DNA of 64,000 nucleotides from an uncultured delta proteobacterium (GTDB lineage: Bacteria > Desulfobacterota > Desulfobacteria > Desulfobacterales > JAHEIW01). Each line of letters starts with the position of its first letter. The stretch's first letter is position 1. The notes beneath the pieces are model-generated. The model ran no database searches and was not told where the DNA came from. It was given only the letters and a program-made list of their open reading frames with translations. The stretch lies in the NCBI GenBank assembly GCA_963706575.1, contig CAVPNL010000012.1, forward strand, positions 205,072 through 269,071, written 5' to 3'. This document shows positions 1 through 9,512 of the stretch, in pieces. Both the position numbers and the translations under genes were made by a program.

Positions 1-1
1 T

Positions 2-784
2 GTTCCATGGATTATTGGTATCTACGAATTCCAGGTGAACAAGTTGGATAAAGAATTTGTTGAGGATCTAAACGAATATAGAAACACAATGCGCAAAGAC
101 CCTCGACCGCAGCCATTACCACAGATGCGAACGATTCCAGTGGGTCAAAGTATTGAAGGCAATTTGGAAGTGCTCCCCTATGAACGTGCTGAAGAGCTGG
201 TGAAAGCCCACGAAAAATATGCAGTAGCGCCTTGTATCTGTCGTCGAAAAGCCAAGCTAATGGGTTCGGGATGTGAAGCACCAGAGGAATCTTGCCTCTA
301 TTTTGGTGACTGGGCGGACTATTACGTTCGAAACGGTCTGGGACGGTACGTTGACAGGGACAATCTACTGGATATTTTGGCTAAAGCTGACAAGTCCAAC
401 TTGGTGTTGCAACCCAGCAATTCCAAGGAAATCTCTTTGCTTTGTACTTGCTGCGGCTGCTGTTGTGGTGGGCTGTTACGTCTCAAGCAGCTTCCCAAAC
501 CCTCTGAAGCAGTTGCCAGCTCTTTTGTTGCAACGGCCACACCTGAAACTTGCGATGGCTGTGGGACTTGTCTGGACCGATGCCAGATGGAAGCTCTGAC
601 TCTTGAGGATGAGCAAGTGGTCTTGAATTCGGATCGCTGTATTGGTTGTGGATTATGTGTATCAACATGCCCTACGAGCTCATTGATTTTGAAGCGTAAA
701 TCTGTGAGTAAACATGTTCCCTTGAATATGGAAACTACTTGGAAAGAATTAAGCTTGGCACGAGCAGAAAAACAACAAGAATGA
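2..784 (+). CDS. 4Fe-4S dicluster (ferredoxin-domain) protein, 5'-truncated by the window edge
   Basis: Frame is open from position 2 (VPWIIGIYEFQV...). Two CxxCxxCxxxC ferredoxin motifs (CDGCGTCLDRC, CIGCGLCVSTCP) plus CICR and CTCCGCCC clusters. Confidence 0.85.
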   Translation, partial: VPWIIGIYEFQVNKLDKEFVEDLNEYRNTMRKDPRPQPLPQMRTIPVGQSIEGNLEVLPYERAEELVKAHEKYAVAPCICRRKAKLMGSGCEAPEESCLYFGDWADYYVRNGLGRYVDRDNLLDILAKADKSNLVLQPSNSKEISLLCTCCGCCCGGLLRLKQLPKPSEAVASSFVATATPETCDGCGTCLDRCQMEALTLEDEQVVLNSDRCIGCGLCVSTCPTSSLILKRKSVSKHVPLNMETTWKELSLARAEKQQE

Positions 785-838
785 TCAATAACTTCATGTG
801 TCGATCTTAACCAATTACCATTATTGATTTGTGTCGAA

Positions 839-925
839 GGGATTCCTAATTAAACCTCTGATTACTCTCCAACATATCGGCGAAATTGACCGGCCTCCAG
901 AAGTTGTGATATTTTCGCATATCTG
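839..925 (+). repeat. Repeat A, unoccupied copy of the recombinase-element target
   Basis: GGGATT..AAA.CT.TGATT..TCTCCAACATATCGGC...AAGTTGTGATA...ATATCTG aligns with the joined flanks 3180-3209 + 5325-5377. Confidence 0.75.
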
Positions 926-1206
926 TAAAATTGAGATAGTTGGGTTTCTCTCAATGTATCGGTAGTTGGCTGATAATTGGTTTTTTGGTAAGGTATCACC
1001 ACATGTCGGAACTCCCAATATTGATTGAAAAACCCCGTCGATTCGTTTATAAATTCTATTATACAATTTCTGATGCACCACTCCAGCTAACCGGAAGCTG
1101 TTCTCCTTTTCCTGAATCGAATCTTGCTGCTGATCTGATGCTACGCTTCACTGATTGATCTACATACTTAGTTCTTTAGTTTGAAACCTTAACGAAGGGG
1201 TTTCCT

Positions 1207-3100
1207 ATGGCAGATGAAGGTTTTAAGCGCAAGCTAACCGCAATTCTCAGCGCCGATGCAGTTGGGTACAGCCGTCTCATGGCAGAAGATGAGGCTGCCA
1301 CTGTAAAAACTATCGCTATCTACCGTGAAATCATGTCATCTCTGATCAAACAGCACAGGGGTCGAGTCGTTGATTCACCAGGGGATAATGTGCTGGCCGA
1401 GTTTTCCAGTGTGGTCGACGCCAGTGCAGTGTGCTGTGGCTGTGCAAAAGGAAATTCAGGCCCGAAACGCAGAGTTGGCCGAGAACCGTAGAATGGAGTT
1501 TCGCATTGGAATCAACCTTGGGGATGTCATTGATGAAGAAGGTCGCCTCTACGGCGATGGAGTCAACATCTCGGCCCGGCTGGAGGCACTGGCAGACCCT
1601 GGGGGTATATGCGTTTCAAAGACGGTTTTTGATCAAATCGAGACCAAACTACCGCTGGGCTATGAATATTTAGGAGAACAGTCAGTTAAAAATATACCCA
1701 AGCCGGTTGGTGCTTATCGGGTCTTGATGAAGCCTGATGATGCTGGCAAAGTGATTGGTGAAAAAAAATTTTTAGGTCGGTATTCACGCAGGACAGCGAT
1801 GGCCACCATTATAATTCTGATCGTAGTAGCAGTAGGTTTAGTTAGCTGGAATATTTATCTTCAGCAATCTAAACGAGTAGAGCCAGCATCTTTAGATAGA
1901 ATGGCCTATCCATTGCCAGATAAACCATCGATCGCAGTATTGCCATTTGTTAACATGAGCGACGACCCTGAGCAGGCGTATTTCAGTGACGGGATCACGG
2001 AGGATATCATCACGACCCTGTCCAAAGTCCCCAAGCTGTTCATCATCGCACGGAACTCGACATTTACATACAAGAATAGATCGGTCAAGGTTCAGCAGGT
2101 GGCAGAGGAACTGGGTGTGCGGTACGTGCTTGAAGGCAGCGTAAGGAAGGCGGGAGAAAAGATCCGTATTACGGCCCAGCTGATCGACGCCGTTAATGGC
2201 CATCACCTCTGGGCGGAACGATTTGACAGGGATCTGAAAGACATCTTCGCCCTTCAGGACGAGATCGCCATGAAGGTCCTAACCGCGCTGGAAGTTAAGT
2301 TGGTCGGGGGACATACTTCCCTTTTAATCTCAAGAGGGACCGATAACTTGGAGGCGTACCTGACTGTCTTACAGGGTCGCGAGTTTCATGAGCGCTCGAA
2401 CAGGGAAAACAATTTCATGGCTCGACAAAAATTCGAGGAAGCTCTGGCCTTGGATCCCAACTATGCCGCCGCCTTCAACCTGCTTGCCCGAACCCACTTC
2501 ATGGACGTCTGGCTCGGATCCAGTAAATCCCCCAAGGCGTCGCTCATAACGGCCATTGATCTAACACAGAAAGCTATTGTCTTGGACGATTCACTTGCGG
2601 ATTCGCACGCACTCCTCGGCTACCTCTATACCCTGACGCGGCAGCACGACAAGGCGATTGCGCAGGGGGAGCGGGCCGTGGAGCTCGATCCCAACTCCAG
2701 TTTAGCTTATCTTTGGCTGGGAACCAGCCTCAATTATATTGGAAGAACTGAGGAGGCCGTGGCCATGATTGAAAAGGCGATCCGCCATAACCCAATGCCC
2801 CCCAGTTCGTGGTACGTTTTCTTAGGCTCGGCCCTGTCAAACGCAGGGCGGTATGACGAGGCGGTAACCGCGTCCCGGAAGGCCGTAGAACTGTCACCAA
2901 ACAACATTTTCGCACAACTCGCACTGGTGTTGTCTTGCAATCTGGGCAGCCGCGATGAGGAGGCCCGTTCCGCAGCGGCCGAGGTCCTCCGGATACAGCC
3001 GAATTTCTCAGTAGATAATTTCGCTAAGAGAATGCCCTATAAAGACCCGGCGGACATGCAACGGATAGTGAAAGCGTGGCGCAAGGCGGGGCTGAAGTGA
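1207..3100 (+). pseudogene. Class III adenylate/guanylate cyclase + TM + TolB-like + TPR protein, split by a +1 frameshift at about 1421-1423 (real or sequencing error)
   Basis: KRKLTAILSADAVGYS and PGDNV in ORF 1207; FRIGINLGDV, GDGVNISARLE, KPSIAVLPF and TPRs in ORF 1370. Removing one base in GAC GCC A GTG CAG restores FSSVVDAVQCAVAVQ. Confidence 0.85.
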
Positions 3101-3297
3101 GGGAAAGCAAGGCACTACATGTTATGGCTTGGCTTATTTTCTTTAGATTGCATATATCATTAAAAATCACAGCCGTTTTGGGATTGTTAAAAACTGTGAT
3201 TTCTCCAACCTGTACGACATAAAATGATAATTGACTAAACAGTCGATCGAGGTCATTATCTACCTGTTTTTTCTGCAAAAAGCGAAAGGAGGTAGTG

Positions 3298-4377
3298 ATG
3301 AACCTCGAGCATGTGTCTGCAGGAAAAAGCACATACAGCCCCACAGCGATCCAGCCCAAAGCGATTCAACTTTCAATTTTTCCCAAAATATCTCTTCGCC
3401 CCGCCTATCATGTATCTAATGAACAGATCGAGCGCACCCTGCGGCGAATATCCGCTGAAGGGTTGTGTGGCAGCGATATGGTGCGCGATTACCTTTGCCG
3501 GCAGCTACGGCACAACTGCCGGCCCAGCACCATTCGCAGCAGCGGAACCACTATCGTGCTATTTTTAGAGTTTTTTAAGCAAAGCGGCGGTCAGCAGTTG
3601 GCGGCAGCAGGTCCAGAGCATATCAGCGCTTTTGTTGAACATGAGCAAGATCGTGGTATGGCGCCAAACTCGGTGGATGGACGGCTAAAGGGATTGTATG
3701 CGTTTTTAAATTTTTTAGTTGAGCACGAGGTTATCAGCGCGGATGTGATCAAGCGTAAGCTTCGCATCAGGGTGCCCCAGGCCCTGCCGCGGGCCATTGA
3801 TCCGGAGGATATTAAGCAGCTGTTGGCGGCAATAGAAAAGCCTCGGGATCGGGCGCTGATACTAACGCTTCTTCGCACCGGCATGCGTATCGGCGAGCTT
3901 TTAAGCACCAGGGTTAAGGATATCAATCTGCGCGAGCAACTGGTTCAGATCTTTGAAGCACATAAAAATCGGGTGGGCCGGGTGGTCTATCTTAGCGCTG
4001 ATGCGGTGGGCACCTTGGAAAAATGGTTAAAGACAAGAAAATATCAGAGCAAATTTATCTTTTATGGCTATGATGTTGGACCGCTTTGCTACCAAGCGGC
4101 CCGTGCGATGTTCAAACGCTATATAGACAAAACCGGTCTGGCCCACAAGGGCTACACGCTTCACTGCCTGCGTCACACATACGCCAGTGAGCTGTTAAAT
4201 GCCGGTATGCCGCTGCAATGTCTGCAGGAGCTTTTGGGTCACAAAAGCATTGAGATGACGCGCCGATATGCGCGGCTAACCGACAACACGCGTCGCAAGG
4301 CTTATTACCAGGCGATGACCATCATTGAAGCAGGAGAGATCAATGGGCATTACCGACTCGATTATCAACTACCGTAG
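3298..4377 (+). CDS. Tyrosine recombinase/integrase 1
   Basis: RBS AAGGAGG before ATG 3298. Catalytic motifs RTGMRIGE, HCLRH, LLGH, RRY. Confidence 0.92.
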   Translation: MNLEHVSAGKSTYSPTAIQPKAIQLSIFPKISLRPAYHVSNEQIERTLRRISAEGLCGSDMVRDYLCRQLRHNCRPSTIRSSGTTIVLFLEFFKQSGGQQLAAAGPEHISAFVEHEQDRGMAPNSVDGRLKGLYAFLNFLVEHEVISADVIKRKLRIRVPQALPRAIDPEDIKQLLAAIEKPRDRALILTLLRTGMRIGELLSTRVKDINLREQLVQIFEAHKNRVGRVVYLSADAVGTLEKWLKTRKYQSKFIFYGYDVGPLCYQAARAMFKRYIDKTGLAHKGYTLHCLRHTYASELLNAGMPLQCLQELLGHKSIEMTRRYARLTDNTRRKAYYQAMTIIEAGEINGHYRLDYQLP

Positions 4378-5263
4378 ATCGTTAAAAAGGCGCAACTTCT
4401 CTAAATACACCATCAGAAATTACATGAGCACACTGAAGCAGTTTGTCATTTGGCTGGATGTGCCCATCGATAAGGTAACCCACCAAAAGCTGGTGGGCTT
4501 TATCGATGATCTGTTGGCCAAGCGCCTGAAACCCAAGACCATCAACTGCTACCTGGACAGCATCCGCGGCTTCTATGACTACCTGATCTGTGAGGAGCAA
4601 CTTAAGATGCAAAATCCGGTGAAACTCGGAGATACACTGCGCATGTCCAAGCCACTGCCGCGCTTTTTGCGAGATGAGCAGGTGCGGACGCTTTTTGCAC
4701 AGATCGATGATCCAAGGGATTTGGCCATCTTCAAGCTGATGCTGCGCTGCGGCCTTAGGGTGCAAGAGGTGGCCAAGTTGACTCTTGCCTCTGTGGATTT
4801 AAAACGCGCCCAGGTGTTTGTCTACCATGGCAAGGGCGCCAAAGAACGGATGGTTTATTTAAGCAAAGATGCCTATCAGGCGCTTTTGGCCTATCTGAAG
4901 GTCAGGCCTTTCTCCCGGGCCAAAAGGCTTTTTTTGGTCAACAAGGGCCGCTTTAGAGGCCAACCGCTCAACGTTCGCGGCATCCAGCACCGTATCAAAT
5001 ACTACTCGAAAAAGGCGGGCTTTAAGGTCAGCTGCCACCAGCTGCGCCACACCATGGCCACCCAGATGCTCAATGCCGATGCGGATTTAGTGACCATCCA
5101 GGACCTTTTGGGCCACGCCTACATCACAACAACCGAGCGGTATTGCCGTGTGTCGAACCAGAAAGTGCGAAGGGATTACTACCGGGCAATGGATAAAGTA
5201 ATCGAGCGCCACAGCCCGGTCGGAAACAAAAGACTTGACAAAGAAGAAATTTTGATTAATTAA
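4343..5263 (+). CDS. Tyrosine recombinase/integrase 2
   Basis: GGAGAG before ATG 4343; overlaps gene 1. Motifs RCGLRVQE, GKG, HQLRH, LLGH, ERY. Confidence 0.92.
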   Translation: MGITDSIINYRRSLKRRNFSKYTIRNYMSTLKQFVIWLDVPIDKVTHQKLVGFIDDLLAKRLKPKTINCYLDSIRGFYDYLICEEQLKMQNPVKLGDTLRMSKPLPRFLRDEQVRTLFAQIDDPRDLAIFKLMLRCGLRVQEVAKLTLASVDLKRAQVFVYHGKGAKERMVYLSKDAYQALLAYLKVRPFSRAKRLFLVNKGRFRGQPLNVRGIQHRIKYYSKKAGFKVSCHQLRHTMATQMLNADADLVTIQDLLGHAYITTTERYCRVSNQKVRRDYYRAMDKVIERHSPVGNKRLDKEEILIN

Positions 5264-5388
5264 AATGGAAGCTAACTAATTAATATTAATAGAAATAACA
5301 GGGTTTATGTCGTACAGCTCCAACATATCGGCACTTTTGAACCCCTCGCAAAAGTTGTGATACTCGTTTTATATCTGCAATCATAAGG

Positions 5389-5476
5389 GCCAAGACAGTT
5401 CCGACCATTCTAATCTAATCGAACTATTTTTCCTCTACCAACCTCCGTCCTTGAAAGCTACACTTAGCTCTGATAT
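5389..5476 (+). repeat. Repeat B, copy 1
   Basis: GCCAAGACAGTTCCGACCATTCTAATCTAATCGAACT...CCTTGAAAGC...TGATAT; direct repeat of 6421-6509. Confidence 0.8.
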
Positions 5477-5520
5477 CAATTATGTATAAAGTTGACCTTT
5501 AGAAATACAGGAGCTGCGAA

Positions 5521-6408
5521 ATGCCACTTTACAAAATCCTTCCAGACGGACAAACACTTGAAATTGTTAAGAGAAAAGAATTCTCATATGAAAAAGACCT
5601 TCATATTCTTATAGACAGGAATCTCCTCAGTTTATTGGGAATAAGGTTAATTGCGAGTGAGTACCCAATTCCAAATGGAAGAATCGACACTCTTGGACTT
5701 GATGAAGATGATATTCCTGTAATAATAGAATATAAAAAAAAGAAGGATTTAAGCGCAATCGTTCAAGGCTTATTTTACCTTGATTGGATTATGCAGAACA
5801 AAAAGCCCTTTGGGTCGATAGTTAAAGATAAGCTAGGCAAAAGCGTGGATGTCAACTGGTCAAAGCAGCCTCGCCTTCTCATCATTGCACAAGATTTCGA
5901 TGTCAAAGAATTAACGGCTATTAATCAAATGGGTCCAAGAATTGAGTTGGTCAAATATTCATTCTACGAAGGATTATTCAATATTGACGGTGTGAATATC
6001 GTTGAGGCCAAATCACCACCCAAAAAAGATGAGGGCGAAAAGCCTTCTGAAGATTATACGGTTGAGCAATTGGTTAAGAAAGCAACCCCAGAAATTCAAT
6101 CCCTATATATGGAATTGCGAGAGAAAATAACCGCTATTTCTGAATCTGTGTGGGAGAAAGTTCATTCATATTATTGCGATTTCCGCACTACCTCAACTTT
6201 TACCACTGTAAATGTGCAAAAGACTCAACTTAAGATCTTTTTAAAGATGGGTGAACGCGAGGTTGATGATCCTAAAGGTCTTACTAAACCAGTCCCTTCA
6301 AGTTGGGGCTATGGTCACTTAAATACTCAGTTCCTTATTTCAAAAACTGATGAAATTGATGACGCAATGCATTTGATAATGCAGGCTTATGATTATGTTT
6401 CAGGATAA
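5521..6408 (+). CDS. PD-(D/E)xK (NucS/DUF91-like) endonuclease domain fused to a DUF5655-like C-terminal domain
   Basis: EKDLH, GRIDTLGLD..PVIIEYK and QGLFYLDW nuclease motifs; C-terminal GYGHLN...LIMQAY. Confidence 0.7.
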   Translation: MPLYKILPDGQTLEIVKRKEFSYEKDLHILIDRNLLSLLGIRLIASEYPIPNGRIDTLGLDEDDIPVIIEYKKKKDLSAIVQGLFYLDWIMQNKKPFGSIVKDKLGKSVDVNWSKQPRLLIIAQDFDVKELTAINQMGPRIELVKYSFYEGLFNIDGVNIVEAKSPPKKDEGEKPSEDYTVEQLVKKATPEIQSLYMELREKITAISESVWEKVHSYYCDFRTTSTFTTVNVQKTQLKIFLKMGEREVDDPKGLTKPVPSSWGYGHLNTQFLISKTDEIDDAMHLIMQAYDYVSG

Positions 6409-6420
6409 TTTTTAATTCGC

Positions 6421-6509
6421 GCCAAGTCAGTTCCGACCATTTTGATCTAATCAAACTTTATTACCTCATCGAACCTCAGTCCCTTGAAAGCCGCACGCAC
6501 CTTTGATAT
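6421..6509 (+). repeat. Repeat B, copy 2
   Basis: GCCAAGTCAGTTCCGACCATTTTGATCTAATCAAACT...CCTTGAAAGC...TGATAT; 4 mismatches in the first 37 nt versus copy 1. Confidence 0.8.
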
Positions 6510-6651
6510 AGATGCATATCAAATAGTTCCCGCATTCTGATGTTCTCTATATATTAACATTGCTTGGTAATAAAAATGCTTAGGTTTATACAGATCCTTT
6601 TAGGGGTCACTATCCCGGCGCCGGCCAATATTGTTCAATTCATATTTCAAC

Positions 6652-6691
6652 AAAAAAGCCGAGTCACCCACTAATCGGGCAATCTCGGCTT
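6652..6691 (-). terminator. Rho-independent terminator
   Basis: AAGCCGAG...CTCGGCTT stem followed by a U-tract on the minus strand, downstream of ORFs 6949 and 6758. Confidence 0.6.
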
Positions 6692-6757
6692 GCTGGCTAC
6701 TTTGGCCAATACCATAAGGTCTGGCCGTTTTGCTGGCTTGGTAATATGTGTAATTGA

Positions 6758-6952
6758 TTACCTTAGCTGCAATTTTCTGTTTTTAGTATGTTGCAGCTCG
6801 TAAACTCTCTCCAATTGGTCTCCCTTTAGCAACAGGGGAAATAGTCCGTCGAAGTCCTCAATGTGAAATACGAAACGCTCAGAGACTGAATCGTAATAGA
6901 TCTCATAGGGCTTTCTGAATTTGCTTTTTTTAAAAACTATAGGTTTTTTCAA
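6758..6952 (-). CDS. Small hypothetical protein
   Basis: 64-aa ORF whose TTG start overlaps the stop of the upstream gene. Confidence 0.4.
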   Translation of the reverse strand: MKKPIVFKKSKFRKPYEIYYDSVSERFVFHIEDFDGLFPLLLKGDQLERVYELQHTKNRKLQLR

Positions 6953-7818
6953 CTTGGCTCCTTGTCTAACAATTTATATAGATCCACTGATACGGGAGAC
7001 TTTGACAAAAATTTTTCAAGCTTTTTATCTGTTTTCAACTTTTGTTGTTTTTCCGTGTAAGTGCGTTCAAATTCAGATTGATAAGCGTCTAGGGCATTTT
7101 CTATAAAGGAAAGGTCGTCAAGCACCTGTCTGTGTTCCTCCGAGCTAAATGTTCTCTTTGATTCGACAATATCCCTGATCGCTCCGACCCTTTTTCTTGC
7201 GAAGATGGGCGGTGTCACTATCATTTCCCGAGTTTCACGGTATTTAAGCATGTTAAACAGGAGTATTGCTAATGCTGATTTTTTATCAAACTCATCACCA
7301 TCAACCTTTTCCAATTTCCTTTGCAATGTGATAACAAATCTTAGGAGTAGAAAAAAAACAGCCTCGCTGTAATGGTTTGCCTCAAACAGCATCTTTTGGT
7401 AATCATCCGATGGAATGCCAGGATCAATCTCGTAGGGATTCCAAGCGGGCAGTGTGGTTTTTGTCCGTTTAATAATTTCAGACGCAAACTCGATGGCGTG
7501 AGCATAAGAAGACTCATAAAATTCGGGGTCAGTCCTCCATTTCCGCAACAGACCGTATGAAACATCACAACTTTTTGCGATATCCTTTAGCGTCCAGTTT
7601 GTTATACCAGCCAGCATAGCAGCATAATATTTTTTCCGTGAAAAACCGATTTTCTCGCCTTTGGAGGTGCCTGCTCTTGTCGGTTGCTCGTAATCGTGGA
7701 GATGATATAGAACATATTCACCAATGAGCGCAGAGATATTGCTCTCGGGTTTCTGGGTAAGCCGTCTGATCTCCTCCCATAAACGATCTGATTCTGTCAT
7801 TTTGTTAGATTGTGCCAT
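6949..7818 (-). CDS. Hypothetical HTH-containing protein (phBC6A51/terminase-small-subunit-like HTH)
   Basis: TLKDIAKSCDVSYGLLRKWRTDPEF helix-turn-helix; RBS GGGAG. Confidence 0.6.
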   Translation of the reverse strand: MAQSNKMTESDRLWEEIRRLTQKPESNISALIGEYVLYHLHDYEQPTRAGTSKGEKIGFSRKKYYAAMLAGITNWTLKDIAKSCDVSYGLLRKWRTDPEFYESSYAHAIEFASEIIKRTKTTLPAWNPYEIDPGIPSDDYQKMLFEANHYSEAVFFLLLRFVITLQRKLEKVDGDEFDKKSALAILLFNMLKYRETREMIVTPPIFARKRVGAIRDIVESKRTFSSEEHRQVLDDLSFIENALDAYQSEFERTYTEKQQKLKTDKKLEKFLSKSPVSVDLYKLLDKEPS

Positions 7819-7865
7819 TTCGCTCCCTACTGATTGAATCCAGTGTGATAATCAAAAAACAATAT

Positions 7866-7900
7866 AAGTAACATATATAAAAAAATGTTACTTTTGTCAA
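7866..7900 (-). promoter_or_regulatory. Promoter with palindromic operator
   Basis: TTGACA on the minus strand (7900-7895) next to a perfect inverted repeat AAGTAACAT-N10-ATGTTACTT. Confidence 0.55.
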
Positions 7901-8098
7901 ATGTTTTTTTCATCAAATTGAATTTTGGGCAAAAGCTATTGGAATGATTCGATTTTTATACAATTAAGGAAGGGATATTAGAAAACAAAAACCCGCTGCC
8001 GAAACTGCGGGTCGTGAGATTCAAAATATAATAGTATGGTAAGCAGGGATATAAAATCCAGCCATAAACTGGGCGTAAATTATTATTCGAAAAATTTA

Positions 8099-8509
8099 TT
8101 AACCGACTTCATCGGGTTTTTTTATCGCAAAATTTTTTTCGTTTTTGCTTTTTTCATCATCATTAATTAAAGTTATTAATTTATAATTCCCCTCTTCCTT
8201 TGCTGTCACTGGGGAAATAATCATATGAAATTGAAATCTAGTATATCCCTTGATGTGTTCTGGGGGGCCACCCTTTACTTTTTTCCCAATCCGATTCCCA
8301 GAAGGATCTAAGAGTTCAGCTGAAAAAATATCGCCTCCTTTAATGTTTTCATAATTTATTACAAAACAGAGCTTGGGGAAGGTAAAGGGAAATTTTGGAA
8401 CAAAGATATCTTTGGCATAAACGCCCATCATCGAAATTTTATTTCCCACCTCTTCCCTTATATCATCACAGATTAGTGTGAAATTACATTTCGGTTTTTT
8501 CGCTGGCAT
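8099..8509 (-). CDS. DUF6941-like beta-rich protein, third gene of the TA locus
   Basis: ICDDIREEVGNKISMMGVY...FPFTFPKLCF signature; AGAGGGA before ATG 8509; overlaps the antitoxin 3' end. Confidence 0.7.
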   Translation of the reverse strand: MPAKKPKCNFTLICDDIREEVGNKISMMGVYAKDIFVPKFPFTFPKLCFVINYENIKGGDIFSAELLDPSGNRIGKKVKGGPPEHIKGYTRFQFHMIISPVTAKEEGNYKLITLINDDEKSKNEKNFAIKKPDEVG

Positions 8510-9173
8510 ACCATCCCTCTGAAGAAGCATCTGAATTGGAGGAAAACACTTGTTCTGTATCCATCTGCGAAACCCCTGATGAAAATAAACTATCCTCCGC
8601 GTATGTCGATTGTGGGTCTCTCACACCCAAAAAAACCGTCTTAGGTCTCTGTGTGCAAGGATTAGAGATTTGCTGCAACCTGACTTTGTAATCGTCTTGA
8701 TAAAACTCAGCAATAATTTGATAGAACATCTTTGTTTCTTGAAGACGTATCTCAGATAGATTTTTCAGTATTTTTTGCGAATCTTCAATCTTTATTCCCT
8801 TATAAATCATATAGGTAGCTCTAATTAATCGGTCATTTGTCTCGCTGTGATTTTGAAGGTCATTTTCCCATTTTGAATAAGTTGTGCTCCCTACCCCCAA
8901 AGCAGATGCAAATTTTTTTGATGGAAAATGCATATTTTTTCTTAAAAATTTAATTTCGCTACCATTTAGCAAAGAATGTTTTTCCAAAAGAACCGACGCA
9001 ATTAAATCGCTCAGATATCCCACTCGAAAAATTGAAGGGTACATTATGCCGCAATTGCACTCATAAACGGGAATATTATGGATATTTACGTTGTATAGAC
9101 CAGATTCTCTATACCAATAATCCCCTATTTTCGGCTGAATTAATTTGCCACAACCGGGACATTTATTTTTCAT
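8484..9173 (-). CDS. MqsA/YgiT-type zinc-finger + HTH antitoxin with a long C-terminal extension
   Basis: CPGC...YRESGL...CNCG zinc finger; LNGSEIKFLRK...FASALGV...YSKWEN HTH. Confidence 0.85.
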   Translation of the reverse strand: MKNKCPGCGKLIQPKIGDYWYRESGLYNVNIHNIPVYECNCGIMYPSIFRVGYLSDLIASVLLEKHSLLNGSEIKFLRKNMHFPSKKFASALGVGSTTYSKWENDLQNHSETNDRLIRATYMIYKGIKIEDSQKILKNLSEIRLQETKMFYQIIAEFYQDDYKVRLQQISNPCTQRPKTVFLGVRDPQSTYAEDSLFSSGVSQMDTEQVFSSNSDASSEGWYASEKTEM

Positions 9174-9182
9174 TATACAGTC

Positions 9183-9491
9183 CTATTTGTCCATGATTGT
9201 TATACAAGCCACTTCTCGATGACCAACTATTACTGTTACTACAGTTGCCTTATCACCATCAATTGCATAACCGGTGGCCTTATATTTCCAATCATCATGC
9301 TTTTTATCATATTCTGGGGCTTCGGTAACCATGCAATTCGAAAGCAGGTATTCTAGATCCTGCATATCGAATCCCCTTTCTTTCATTCTTTCCTGGCAAT
9401 GAGATCTTGGTGTAATCCATCCCAATTTAGCAATCTCCCTGATTTTTTGCTGGGCCTTTTGTGGTGAAAGTCTATATTTATTATCGGTCAT
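9183..9491 (-). CDS. DUF4258-family putative toxin
   Basis: HCQERMKERG..MQD...WKYK..G...CITIM pattern; directly upstream of the antitoxin. Confidence 0.75.
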   Translation of the reverse strand: MTDNKYRLSPQKAQQKIREIAKLGWITPRSHCQERMKERGFDMQDLEYLLSNCMVTEAPEYDKKHDDWKYKATGYAIDGDKATVVTVIVGHREVACITIMDK

Positions 9492-9512
9492 AACAACAAA
9501 AAGTCAAGAGAA

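Larger units (their letters stand above)
3210..5317 (+). mobile_element. Twin tyrosine-recombinase integrative element
   Basis: Perfect 14-bp inverted repeats CTGTACGACATAAA (3210-3223) and TTTATGTCGTACAG (5304-5317), flanked by direct repeat CTCCAAC (3203-3209, 5318-5324). Encloses two recombinase genes. Confidence 0.85.

Noticed and set aside
3298..5263. Calling the recombinases xerC/xerD, an integron integrase, or a RIT element
   Set aside because: The overlapping pair has its own inverted ends; no third recombinase; no IntI-specific insertion or attC sites recognised.
6690..6750. c-di-GMP-I riboswitch-like words (GCAAA..TAGCCAG) on the minus strand
   Set aside because: Lacks the GGCAAAC-GNRA stem and lies 3' of genes.
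8099..8509. Calling the third TA gene secB
   Set aside because: No SecB-like motifs recognised; the sequence fits a DUF6941-like pattern.
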